From NCBI GenBank assembly GCA_017623375.1, contig JAGAPH010000127.1, positions 27,331 to 91,330 on the forward strand: a stretch of DNA of 64,000 bases. The letters run 5' to 3'. How positions within the stretch are numbered: the first letter of the stretch is position 1; every line of letters begins with the position of its first letter. The stretch comes from Clostridia bacterium. Its GTDB lineage: Bacteria > Bacillota > Clostridia > Oscillospirales > CAG-272. Of the stretch, positions 46,361-54,467 are shown piece after piece. The notes under the pieces are model-generated. The model was not told the DNA's origin and did not search any database. It saw nothing but the letters and a program-made list of their open reading frames with translations. A program made the translations under genes and the position numbers.

Positions 46361-47284
46361 ATGAAGGATATATTTAAAACCGCACGCGCGCTCCGCATAT
46401 ATGGAATTTGCGCCATGGCTATCTCTTTAGCGTGCATCATATTCCGACTGCTTGCCACCCTATTTTTCTTTGACGTTGATATAGGCTACTATCAGTCGGG
46501 AAGTATTATGGCGATGATCGCCTCTTATCTTCCCGCCATTGCCGCGGTGGTGTCACTGATCATTTGCGCGGTATCCAAAATAAGCGTTATACCCGCAGAG
46601 CCTCGCAACACAAAGGCAGTACGGATATGCGCTCTTTTCCCTGCTATCGGCTTTATCGGATACACCGTTATATACGCTATCAGCATGGTTGAATATCACG
46701 GGCTTTACGGCGAGCTTCCCTTGGTCTATATACTTATGCTTGTAGCATCTGTAATATCGGCAGTATTCTTTGCGCTTTTGGCGTTCAAGAGAAATGTTGG
46801 AAACGCATACTTCGCCGTCAGCGGCATCTTTCTTATTATCTGGCTTATCATCGCGCTCGCCGAGTCTTATTTTGACTCCTTCGTTCAGATGAATTCTCCT
46901 ATCAAGATGATATTCCAATTTGCCACGCTTTCTGCCGTTTTGCTTACGGTAAACGAGCTTCGAGTGGATCTTGAGGTCAAAAAGCCGCGCTTCCATCTCT
47001 TTGCCGCTACCGTTGCCACGGTATTCTTGGGCACGTCCTCTATTCCTTCTATTATCTGCTCATTCACCGGACATATGCCCTCAAGCTACATTCTCTTTTA
47101 TTCCGATTGTATTCTTCTCCTTCTCTTTGTATTCTCCACCGCAAGGCTGTGTCAGCTCTGCTTTGCAAAGCACACCGCCACAGATAGCGTAAGTGTTGAA
47201 GAGGTCGTAGAAAGTGAAGCTACCCAATATGCCGTTGAGGATAACGGCGACCAACCTGTAAGTACCGAAACACAAGATATATGA
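46361..47284 (+). CDS. polytopic membrane protein, family unknown
   Basis: Start moved to ATG 46361 (AGGAG 5 nt upstream). It has about 7-8 hydrophobic segments and an acidic C-terminal tail. Confidence 0.6.
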   Translation: MKDIFKTARALRIYGICAMAISLACIIFRLLATLFFFDVDIGYYQSGSIMAMIASYLPAIAAVVSLIICAVSKISVIPAEPRNTKAVRICALFPAIGFIGYTVIYAISMVEYHGLYGELPLVYILMLVASVISAVFFALLAFKRNVGNAYFAVSGIFLIIWLIIALAESYFDSFVQMNSPIKMIFQFATLSAVLLTVNELRVDLEVKKPRFHLFAATVATVFLGTSSIPSIICSFTGHMPSSYILFYSDCILLLLFVFSTARLCQLCFAKHTATDSVSVEEVVESEATQYAVEDNGDQPVSTETQDI

Positions 47285-47300
47285 TACGGAGGAAGGCTTT

Positions 47301-47843
47301 ATGAGTGCCAATGACCGCATACAGTGGTTTCACAAGATGGTCTCCGAGGCGTGTTATCCTAATGCGGGAGACATTGCTGAGAAATTCGGCATTTCCCAGC
47401 GCCAAGCGCAAAGAGATATCGAGCACATGCGTAACGTGCTACACGCTCCGCTCGTTTATGATAGCTCACACAAGGGCTACAGATATGATGGCGAGTTCGT
47501 TCTTCCCTCTATGGTAAGCACGGAAAATCAATCGGATTATAATAGCGTGTTGGCAGGACTGCGTGAGTTTACGGATAATTCCGCCAAGGTATCTGTAGTA
47601 CAGATGCAGCTTCCCTATTCTGCCGTCCTTGAGATAACGGACAAGATAACCGTTATGAATCTGCGCAGCTTTATTGTGGGAGAAGAAAGACATCACAGAT
47701 ACCGCTGTGAATTTCCGAGCATTGAGTTATTTCTCGGAGTTATCATGTCCACAGGCGCTGAGATACGTATCGTTTCTCCCGATTGGCTCAGAGAAAAGCT
47801 TATTGATTTTGCAAAACAAATACTTAAAACAAATGAGAATTGA
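47301..47843 (+). CDS. HTH transcriptional regulator, YafY-like HTH plus WCX-like C-terminus and no evident WYL domain
   Basis: The N-terminal HTH is YPNAGDIAEKFGISQRQAQRDIEHMRN, followed by KGYRYD. The C-terminus ...ELFLGVIMSTGAEIRIVSPDWLREKL resembles the C-terminal extension of WYL-type regulators. Its start is 16 nt after the membrane protein gene. Confidence 0.55.
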   Translation: MSANDRIQWFHKMVSEACYPNAGDIAEKFGISQRQAQRDIEHMRNVLHAPLVYDSSHKGYRYDGEFVLPSMVSTENQSDYNSVLAGLREFTDNSAKVSVVQMQLPYSAVLEITDKITVMNLRSFIVGEERHHRYRCEFPSIELFLGVIMSTGAEIRIVSPDWLREKLIDFAKQILKTNEN

Positions 47844-47848
47844 TACAG

Positions 47849-47882
47849 AAAGGCTCCGAGTACATTTGACTCAGAGCCTTTG
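47849..47882. terminator. hairpin terminator between the convergent regulator and thiT genes
   Basis: AAAGGCTCCGAGT acatttg ACTCAGAGCCTTT, with one mismatch. Confidence 0.65.
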
Positions 47883-47884
47883 GT

Positions 47885-48553
47885 TTATATGTCTATCTTT
47901 TTGATATAATTTATATTACTTACGAGGGATGCCGCAATAGCGGTAATAACTATTTCGGGAATCATGTAAAGTCCATTATAGAATATCGAATAAAGAAGTG
48001 CAAGTCCCTTTCCGCTGAAGGTATTGAGTATGCTCTTTCCTATGGCATAGAATCCGTCCTGAGAGAAGAACCATTCAGCCCACGCACCGTAGAAGATATA
48101 TCCCGAAACGATATGGAAAATATATCTTAGCGTAAGCGCCAGAACTACGCCGAGAACTATCGCCACCACCTTATTTTTTATGCGGTTTCTGAATATTCCG
48201 CCTATTCCGAGAACAGTGTAAGCAAGGAAATAATCAATGATTATAATTGCAAATGCCGCTCCCAGTCCCATGTAATCGTCCGATGACGGAGTAAACAGTG
48301 CGAGCACTGTCTTTCCCATAATAAGAGACATAATGATCTGAATACAGGAATAGGTGAAGGACGTAAAGAAGCCCCACTTGAGTCCGTACATATAGGACAC
48401 GATCACTATTGGCAGCATGCTGGCAATGGTAAATCCGCCGCCAAAGGGCAGATTAAGAAATGGGATAAGCTCACAGACTATCGCGAGAACGGTCGCAAAA
48501 GCCAGCATGACGGCAGAGACCGTCAGTCTTTGGGTTTTTAATGTCGTATTCAT
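47885..48553 (-). CDS. thiT: ECF-transporter S component, thiamine-specific (ThiT-like)
   Basis: A 222-aa six-TM protein that sits directly behind a TPP riboswitch. It has GGAGG 7 nt upstream of its ATG. Confidence 0.75.
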   Translation of the reverse strand: MNTTLKTQRLTVSAVMLAFATVLAIVCELIPFLNLPFGGGFTIASMLPIVIVSYMYGLKWGFFTSFTYSCIQIIMSLIMGKTVLALFTPSSDDYMGLGAAFAIIIIDYFLAYTVLGIGGIFRNRIKNKVVAIVLGVVLALTLRYIFHIVSGYIFYGAWAEWFFSQDGFYAIGKSILNTFSGKGLALLYSIFYNGLYMIPEIVITAIAASLVSNINYIKKIDI

Positions 48554-48574
48554 ATCGACACCTCCGAAAAATAA

Positions 48575-48735
48575 AAGATTAAAATAAACACCGCACGGAA
48601 ATCTCCGTGCGGTTGAATTTATATTCCGTATCTTTTATTGACATTCGGAAACCAATCTCCCTACGCCGGCATTATCCGTATCAGGTTAAAGGGTTCGGCT
48701 CTCGCCGTCTCAGCCATTATGGGCACCCCCGATTT
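48575..48735 (-). promoter_or_regulatory. TPP (THI-box) riboswitch with a terminator expression platform
   Basis: The minus strand reads GGGGGUGCCCAUAAUGGCUGAGACGGCGAGAGCCGAACCCUUUAACCUGAUACGGAUAAUGCCGGCGUAGGGA, matching the THI-element core. It is followed by the hairpin CCGCACGGAGAUUUCCGUGCGG (48589-48613) and a U-run. Confidence 0.9.
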
Positions 48736-48756
48736 CTATGCGGTTTTATGATGGTG

Positions 48757-48785
48757 ATTATACCATATTTTGCATATATTGTCAA
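48757..48785 (-). promoter_or_regulatory. consensus sigma-70 promoter driving the riboswitch and thiT
   Basis: On the minus strand: TTGACA (48785-48780), a 17-nt spacer, TATAAT (48762-48757). Confidence 0.7.
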
Positions 48786-48821
48786 TAGTTTTACAGAAAT
48801 TTATTTTTTCTGACACATAGC

Positions 48822-49430
48822 TTATTTGGAAATGAACATTTGTGTCCAATAGCGTCCGTCCGACACATATCCTACCCCGATCCTCGTAAAGGAAGCGTTA
48901 AGTATATTCGCTCTGTGTCCCGAAGAGTTCATCCAGCCGTTGACCACCGCCTGCGGGGTTGTATATCCCTTAGCAATATTTTCCGCAGCACTTCGGTATG
49001 ATATACCGAAATTCTTCATCATCTGAAAGGGTGAGCCGTAAACGGGACTTGTGTGAGAGAAATAGTTATTATCCCGCATATCCTGAGATTTGTAACGAGC
49101 GACTCGGCTAAGCTCCCAGTCATATGTAAGCTCTCTGAGTCCGTTCTTTACTCTTATTTCGTTTACCAGCCTTACGACCTCTTTTTCATAATTCAGTACA
49201 GCCGAATCTGTGGTTGGGATATTTAGCACCTGCCCAGGATAGATCAACGCAGGATCCGAAATATGTGGATTTGCGCTCTTGATCTCACTCAATCCAACCT
49301 CATATTTCACAGCGATCTTCCACATGCTGTCGCCCGACACCACCGTGTGAGTAGTAGCGGCGGATACACTTGTCAAAAACATTGCGGAGAGCATAAAAAT
49401 ACTTACCGCCAAAACTAACAGTTTCTTCAT
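48822..49430 (-). CDS. secreted LysM plus CAP/SCP (YkwD-like) domain protein
   Basis: Start moved to ATG 49430 (GGAGG upstream). It has a signal peptide and the LysM motif HTVVSGDSMWKIAVKY...PGQVLNIP. The CAP domain shows ...NYFSHTSP...AENIA...GWMNSSGHRANIL. Confidence 0.8.
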   Translation of the reverse strand: MKKLLVLAVSIFMLSAMFLTSVSAATTHTVVSGDSMWKIAVKYEVGLSEIKSANPHISDPALIYPGQVLNIPTTDSAVLNYEKEVVRLVNEIRVKNGLRELTYDWELSRVARYKSQDMRDNNYFSHTSPVYGSPFQMMKNFGISYRSAAENIAKGYTTPQAVVNGWMNSSGHRANILNASFTRIGVGYVSDGRYWTQMFISK

Positions 49431-49755
49431 ACCGTTACCTCCAAATATATTTTTTGTCAATGACGTTACAGTCACGACCTCATATATTATAACATATCTT
49501 ACGGCACAAATCAAACTGTAATTATTGGAAAAGCCCTATAGATCATCCCTACTGCGACCTGACGTGTTTCGGGATATTTATTCAAAAGCCATCTCAGATG
49601 TGTACACGTTGGAGTACACATAACGGTATTTATTCACGCTTGGTACAGTCTATCCACTTATTCTATCAAGCCAATAAAGCCCGCTGTCTCTTGGATCTTC
49701 ACGCCGTTATTTGCATTTTGCATTGTACAAATCTGCGTTTTTGACAGCGTGTATT

Positions 49756-51744
49756 TTATTTTGTTTTTATCATGCAAAGTCCCGTTCTTGAGGGTAGGTA
49801 TATCTGAAATGCGTTTTTACCGTCAGGTGTCTTTTTTGCCGTATAAACGTATTCGTCCGAGATCCTTCCATAGCCGCCGAAGCGTGTCTCGTCCGTGGAC
49901 ATCAGCACTCTATACTTTCCTCGTGCGGGCACGGTCAGCCAATATCCCTCGTAGGAATTGGTAGGACTGAAGTTCATGGCGAAGATATATCCCGCCCTCT
50001 CGTACACCAGCACCTGACATCCTTCGTCTATATAAAGGCACTTGGGTAACGCTCGGAATACGTCGTGTACCTTCATAAACTTTACCATCGCCTTATCAAA
50101 CTCCTGCAGGTATCCGTATTTCAAATTCGGATCGTCCGCAAGATGCCACTGACGGCGGCAATAGAAATAGCTCCAGCCATTCCCCTCTCTGGGAAAGTCT
50201 ATCCATTCGGGGTGCCCGAACTCGTTGCCCATAAAGTTGAGATATCCTTCTCCGCCCATAGTCATAGCCGCCATACGTATCATCTTATGGAGAGCCACTC
50301 CTCGCTCTACTACGGGGTCGGTGCTTTCCTTGTTCATATCGGTATACATATGACTGTCGCATAGTCTGAACATTAAGGTCTTATCGCCCACAAGCGCCTG
50401 ATCGTGAGACTCGGCGTATGCTATATATTTCTCCTTTGGGCGCTTGCCCGTAAGCTCTCCCCATATCTGCCACATGTTCCAGCTCTCGTCGGGACATTCC
50501 TTGAGAAGCTTTATCCACATATCAGGCTGACCCATGGCGAGGCGGTAGTCAAAGCCCACTCCACCGTCCTTTATAGGCAGGCACATTCCCGGCATTGCGG
50601 ACATATCCTCGGCAACTGTTATAGCATTGGGATTGACTTCTCTTATGAGCGCGTTGGCAAGCTGAAGATAGGTGATCGCCTCGGTATCTGTATTCAGTGA
50701 AAAATACTTACTGTAGTCTGTAAATGCCACTCCAAGCCCGTGGTCGTGGTATATCATAGAGGTCACTCCGTCAAAGCGGAAACCGTCAAAGCGATACTCC
50801 GTCAGCCAGAACTTGAGATTGGAAAGAAGAAAATGTATGACCTCGTTCTTGTTATAATTGAATAGCTTGGTTCCCCATGCGGGATGCTCGCCTCGCTCTC
50901 CCTCGTGGAAGAACTGACACGTTGTACCGTCGAACTCATTTATTCCGTCCAAGGTGTTTTTTACGGCGTGGGAATGGACAACATCAAGCAGAACGGCAAT
51001 ACCCATCTCATGTGCGGTATCTATCAGCTCCTTGAGCTCATTAGGAGTACCGTATCGGGAGGACGCCGCAAAGAAGGACGACACCTGATATCCGAATGAT
51101 CCGTAATACGGGTGCTCCATTATAGCCATTATCTGTATGGTATTATAACCAAGCCCCTTTATACGCGGAAGTACATTCTCTCTGAACTCCGCATACGTGC
51201 CTATTCCCTCTTTTTCCTGAGCCATGCCTATATGGCACTCATAAATAAGAAGCTCGTTCTTGCGTGGGATAAAGTCGTTGCATCTCCACTCATAACGAGG
51301 CTCGTCAACGATAACTCCGCTCCAAAGAGCAGTGGTCGGATCCTGTTCTGCTCTGCGTATATACAAGGGAATACGCTCAAGAAGCCTTCCGTTGCGTCGA
51401 ACGATAGCTTTTACATGACAACCGTTATATAACGTATCCGCACCCTTAAGAAATATCTCAAACACTCCTCCGCCTATGGGAGTCATCTTAAGCTTGGTTT
51501 TATCCCATTCCACCATATCTCCCGTAAGATACATCGCCTCTGCGGCAGGAGCCCATTCTCTGTAATACCAGCCCTTCTCCGTCTTATGAAAGCCAAAATA
51601 TTCGTGTCCGTTGGCAAAATCGCATAGCTTTCCCCTTTTGCCGACCAACTCAAGCTTTTTACGCTTGTAGTTATCCATGCGAAGCACAATATCCTGCTCG
51701 TAAGGCAACAAATGGGGATCATACTCAAATATTTTATAGCTCAT
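49756..51744 (-). CDS. glgB: 1,4-alpha-glucan branching enzyme (GH13, eukaryote-like subfamily)
   Basis: GH13 regions are present: LLDVVHSH, GFRFDGVTSM, AEDMS, YAESHDQ. It is 662 aa and the N-terminus matches the GH13_8-like type. Confidence 0.85.
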   Translation of the reverse strand: MSYKIFEYDPHLLPYEQDIVLRMDNYKRKKLELVGKRGKLCDFANGHEYFGFHKTEKGWYYREWAPAAEAMYLTGDMVEWDKTKLKMTPIGGGVFEIFLKGADTLYNGCHVKAIVRRNGRLLERIPLYIRRAEQDPTTALWSGVIVDEPRYEWRCNDFIPRKNELLIYECHIGMAQEKEGIGTYAEFRENVLPRIKGLGYNTIQIMAIMEHPYYGSFGYQVSSFFAASSRYGTPNELKELIDTAHEMGIAVLLDVVHSHAVKNTLDGINEFDGTTCQFFHEGERGEHPAWGTKLFNYNKNEVIHFLLSNLKFWLTEYRFDGFRFDGVTSMIYHDHGLGVAFTDYSKYFSLNTDTEAITYLQLANALIREVNPNAITVAEDMSAMPGMCLPIKDGGVGFDYRLAMGQPDMWIKLLKECPDESWNMWQIWGELTGKRPKEKYIAYAESHDQALVGDKTLMFRLCDSHMYTDMNKESTDPVVERGVALHKMIRMAAMTMGGEGYLNFMGNEFGHPEWIDFPREGNGWSYFYCRRQWHLADDPNLKYGYLQEFDKAMVKFMKVHDVFRALPKCLYIDEGCQVLVYERAGYIFAMNFSPTNSYEGYWLTVPARGKYRVLMSTDETRFGGYGRISDEYVYTAKKTPDGKNAFQIYLPSRTGLCMIKTK

Positions 51745-52191
51745 AACGGATCTCCTTTTATTATTCTCAATTCATTATACCAAAAAAGTTTTAACAAATA
51801 TACCGTTTTTATACAATTTGTTGTAAATCTTCAGAATCTTCCCTCATTTATTTGTGATTTTGGCAATTCTACGGTAAATACAATGCCGTTTTCCTCTACC
51901 GCATGGAACTCGTCCGTCACAAGAATATGAAACATTCTCAGTCACATAACAAGATAGTATTGCCTTGGCTTGTATAAACATCTCTGTTATTATTTTATCA
52001 CATTTTCAACTTCCTTTCAAGTACGTATTGCAAACATAAAACGCCTTTTCTCGACATATGAGCGAAAAAATTGTCGAATTGTTTAGAAAAAGTTTATTTT
52101 CAGTTTATTTTTGTTTTATAAAATATTCAATGAGTGGTTCTGTCGTTACAATAATATATAAATTTACTTTTTAGAGGAGAATCCGAGACAT

Positions 52192-53070
52192 ATGATATAC
52201 TACGTTTTATACAATCCACTTGCGGGCAACGGAAATAACGAACAGAAAGTAAAGGAACTGCAGTCACTATACGAAGCCGAGCTTAGTTACCTCGACATTA
52301 CGCAAATAACTGATTACCCAATATTGATCAGCTCTTTGGAAAGCGACGACGTATTGATAATTTGCGGCGGTGACGGCACGCTGAATAAATTTATAAATCT
52401 TACGGACGGTCTTGATATACCCAACAATATCCTTTACTATGCCGCCGGAACGGGAAACGATTTCCTTAAAGATATCGAAAAGACAGCAGAAACAACGCCT
52501 TTTTCCATAAAGGAGCTTATAAAGGATCTGCCCGTTGCCGAGATCAACGGCAAGTGCTACAGATTTTTGAATAACGTTGGATTCGGAATAGACGGCTACT
52601 GCTGCGAGGTTGGAGATAAATTAAAGGAAACCTCAGATAAGCCTGTAAACTACACGGCGATCGCCATAAAGGGACTGCTGTTCCATTTCAAGCCCGTAAA
52701 CGCCACCGTGACTGTTGACGGCAATACGTACACGTATAAAAAGGTTTGGATCGCCCCCACCATGAAAGGACGCTTTTACGGCGGCGGAATGATTCCCACT
52801 CCTAACCAGAACAGAGCAGATCCTGACGGAACTCTTTCTGTCATGATATTTTACGGCAAGGGCAAGTTGAAAACGCTTTCCGTATTTCCTTCAATCTTCA
52901 AGGGTAAGCACGTAAAGCACAAGGATATGGTAGCTATACATACGGGCAAAGACATCGCCGTGATCTTTGACCGCCCCACGCCTTTGCAGGTAGACGGAGA
53001 GACCGTGCTTGGTGTAACAAGCTACCACGCCATGGCTAAGGTAAGTTGCGACATTTTAGAAACTGTATAA
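52192..53070 (+). CDS. diacylglycerol-kinase-family lipid kinase (YegS/BmrU-like)
   Basis: It shows the ...IICGGDGTLN... catalytic-domain signature and is ~290 aa. Confidence 0.8.
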   Translation: MIYYVLYNPLAGNGNNEQKVKELQSLYEAELSYLDITQITDYPILISSLESDDVLIICGGDGTLNKFINLTDGLDIPNNILYYAAGTGNDFLKDIEKTAETTPFSIKELIKDLPVAEINGKCYRFLNNVGFGIDGYCCEVGDKLKETSDKPVNYTAIAIKGLLFHFKPVNATVTVDGNTYTYKKVWIAPTMKGRFYGGGMIPTPNQNRADPDGTLSVMIFYGKGKLKTLSVFPSIFKGKHVKHKDMVAIHTGKDIAVIFDRPTPLQVDGETVLGVTSYHAMAKVSCDILETV

Positions 53071-53078
53071 AAACACAA

Positions 53079-53109
53079 AAAGAGCTGAGTCAAGACAACT
53101 CAGCTCTTT
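53079..53109. terminator. bidirectional rho-independent terminator
   Basis: AAAGAGCTGAGT caagaca ACTCAGCTCTTT, flanked by A- and T-runs. It closes both the lipid kinase gene and the tRNA transcription unit. Confidence 0.75.
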
Positions 53110-53120
53110 AAATACATATG

Positions 53121-53151
53121 AAAGAAAAGCCGTTCAAGTATGGTGCACCTT
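53121..53151 (-). repeat. 31-bp direct repeat, copy 2: a duplicate of the tRNA-Lys 3' end (11 nt) plus 20 nt of trailer
   Basis: AAAGAAAAGCCGTTCAAGTATGGTGCACCTT is identical at 53121-53151 and 53272-53302, a period of 151 bp. Confidence 0.9.
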
Positions 53152-53271
53152 ATACACACTAAACGCGTAGCGTTTGGTGTGTTGGATTCTGAACCCGGGT
53201 TGCGTAGCAACATCACGGGTGAGATATCCCTGAAGGCAATCAAAAAAGCAGTTAAATCGCTACAAAATATA

Positions 53272-53302
53272 AAAGAAAAGCCGTTCAAGTATGGTGCACC
53301 TT
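53272..53302 (-). repeat. 31-bp direct repeat, copy 1 (overlaps the true 3' end of tRNA-Lys)
   Basis: Same 31-mer as 53121-53151. Positions 53292-53302 are the AAGGTGCACCA 3' end of the tRNA. Confidence 0.9.
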
Positions 53303-53367
53303 CAGGGATTCGAACCCGGGACCCACTGATTAAGAGTCAGTTGCTCTACCAACTGAGCTAAAGGTGC
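53292..53367 (-). tRNA. tRNA-Lys (anticodon CTT), CCA encoded
   Basis: The minus strand reads GCACCTTTAGCTCAGTTGGTAGAGCAACTGACTCTTAATCAGTGGGTCCCGGGTTCGAATCCCTGAAGGTGCACCA. It has a 7-bp acceptor stem, a D arm (GCTCAGTTGGTAGAGC), an anticodon loop CTCTTAA and a T loop TTCGAAT. There is one C-U mismatch in the T stem. Confidence 0.85.
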
Positions 53368-53512
53368 ATATAAACTTGAACGGTTTGACTCCCCCCAACC
53401 GAGCGTGAACCAGCGACACCTTGATGTAGTTATGTGTTATAACTCCATCAAAAAATCTCTTAAAGCTCAGCCTCATGTGTTCGAGGAAAACGCATATTTT
53501 CTTTACCTGTAT

Positions 53513-53541
53513 ATTATAACACTATGATGAAAATTTGTCAA
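53513..53541 (-). promoter_or_regulatory. consensus sigma-70 promoter upstream of tRNA-Lys
   Basis: On the minus strand: TTGACA (53541-53536), a 17-nt spacer, TATAAT (53518-53513). This implies a leader of ~135 nt before the tRNA. Confidence 0.6.
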
Positions 53542-53734
53542 TAGTTTTTTACAACTTTTTGAACTTTGTATAGTTTTGCAAACTGCTTCATTGTATTGAG
53601 GCGATTTATTATACGATTTCTCCGATAAATTTGTAATCGACCCGGATGTGCCACACTGTAAAACAGTTTCTTGCTAACCAAATACGCCAACCGGCATTGG
53701 TTTTACCTTAAATTGTAAAACCAATGCCATCTTT

Positions 53735-54463
53735 TTATTTGCTATAAACAGCAATTCCCTTTCTCTTATGCTCGCTTTGATTATGAAGCTTATCAATGAT
53801 TTTCTTTTTTTCGGTCGGAATTTTTTTGCCGCAAAGAACCGCATCAAGCTCGGCATAGGTTACCCCCATTTCGCTCTCGTCGGTCTGACCGTCAAAGAGT
53901 GCGGCGGATGGTGCTTTTTCAATGATGCGCTTGGGGGCGTTCAGATAGCGGAGAAATTCATAGATCTCGGTTACGGTCAGATCGGAAATCGGATTGAAGT
54001 CGTGTGCCCCGTCACCCCATTTGGTGAAATATCCAACGTAGGCTTCGCTACGATTGCCCGTACCTGCCACAAGTCTGCTCTCGCTTGCCGCAATGGCATA
54101 TAGCGTAAGCATACGCAGACGAGGTGCCATGTTGGCAAGTGCGGCGGTGTTGGGGACTGTTACGCCCTCCAATGCTTTCAGCTCTGCTTCCTTTACGGGC
54201 GTCAGATCAACAGTTCTCGTTTCGATCCCGTATTGCTCGGCTACTGCCATTGCATCTACGCTATCCTCATCATAGTTGCGCTTTGAGGTGCAAGGCATAA
54301 TGATTCCGACGGTATTATCACAAGCGGCTTTGCAAAGGATGCCAACGAGTGCCGAGTCCTTTCCTCCGCTGTTTCCGTACACAATTCCCTTCGCGCCGCT
54401 CTCTGCAAGAAGATCGCGAATAAAAGCGACGCGGTTATCAAATTCCTCTTGATAATTTCTCAT
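53735..54463 (-). CDS. nadE: ammonia-dependent NAD+ synthetase
   Basis: Start moved to ATG 54463 (GAAAGGAAG upstream, 5 nt after the dapL stop). It carries the PP-loop SGGKDS and ...GTGNRSEAYVGYFTKWGDGAHDFNPI...KAPSAAL...QTDESEMG. Confidence 0.85.
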   Translation of the reverse strand: MRNYQEEFDNRVAFIRDLLAESGAKGIVYGNSGGKDSALVGILCKAACDNTVGIIMPCTSKRNYDEDSVDAMAVAEQYGIETRTVDLTPVKEAELKALEGVTVPNTAALANMAPRLRMLTLYAIAASESRLVAGTGNRSEAYVGYFTKWGDGAHDFNPISDLTVTEIYEFLRYLNAPKRIIEKAPSAALFDGQTDESEMGVTYAELDAVLCGKKIPTEKKKIIDKLHNQSEHKRKGIAVYSK

Positions 54464-54467
54464 ACGA

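Noticed and set aside
51831-51935. A 34-codon minus-strand ORF (MFHILVTDEFHAVEENGIVFTVELPKSQINEGRF) in the glgB / lipid-kinase intergenic region.
   Set aside because: It has only a weak GAGA upstream, no promoter or terminator context that I could see, and no motif. It is probably a chance ORF or a gene remnant.
53152-53271. A possible second tRNA or tRNA pseudogene between the two 31-bp repeats.
   Set aside because: It has a T-arm-like motif and ends in ...AAGGTGCACCA. However, I could not draw a matching 5' acceptor strand, D arm or anticodon arm on either strand. It is reported only as an unexplained insert, not as a tRNA feature.
53100-53740. An integrated mobile element or prophage at tRNA-Lys.
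   Set aside because: A direct repeat of the tRNA 3' end exists, but the repeats are only 151 bp apart. No integrase, excisionase or cargo gene lies on either side. The neighbours are a lipid kinase and nadE.
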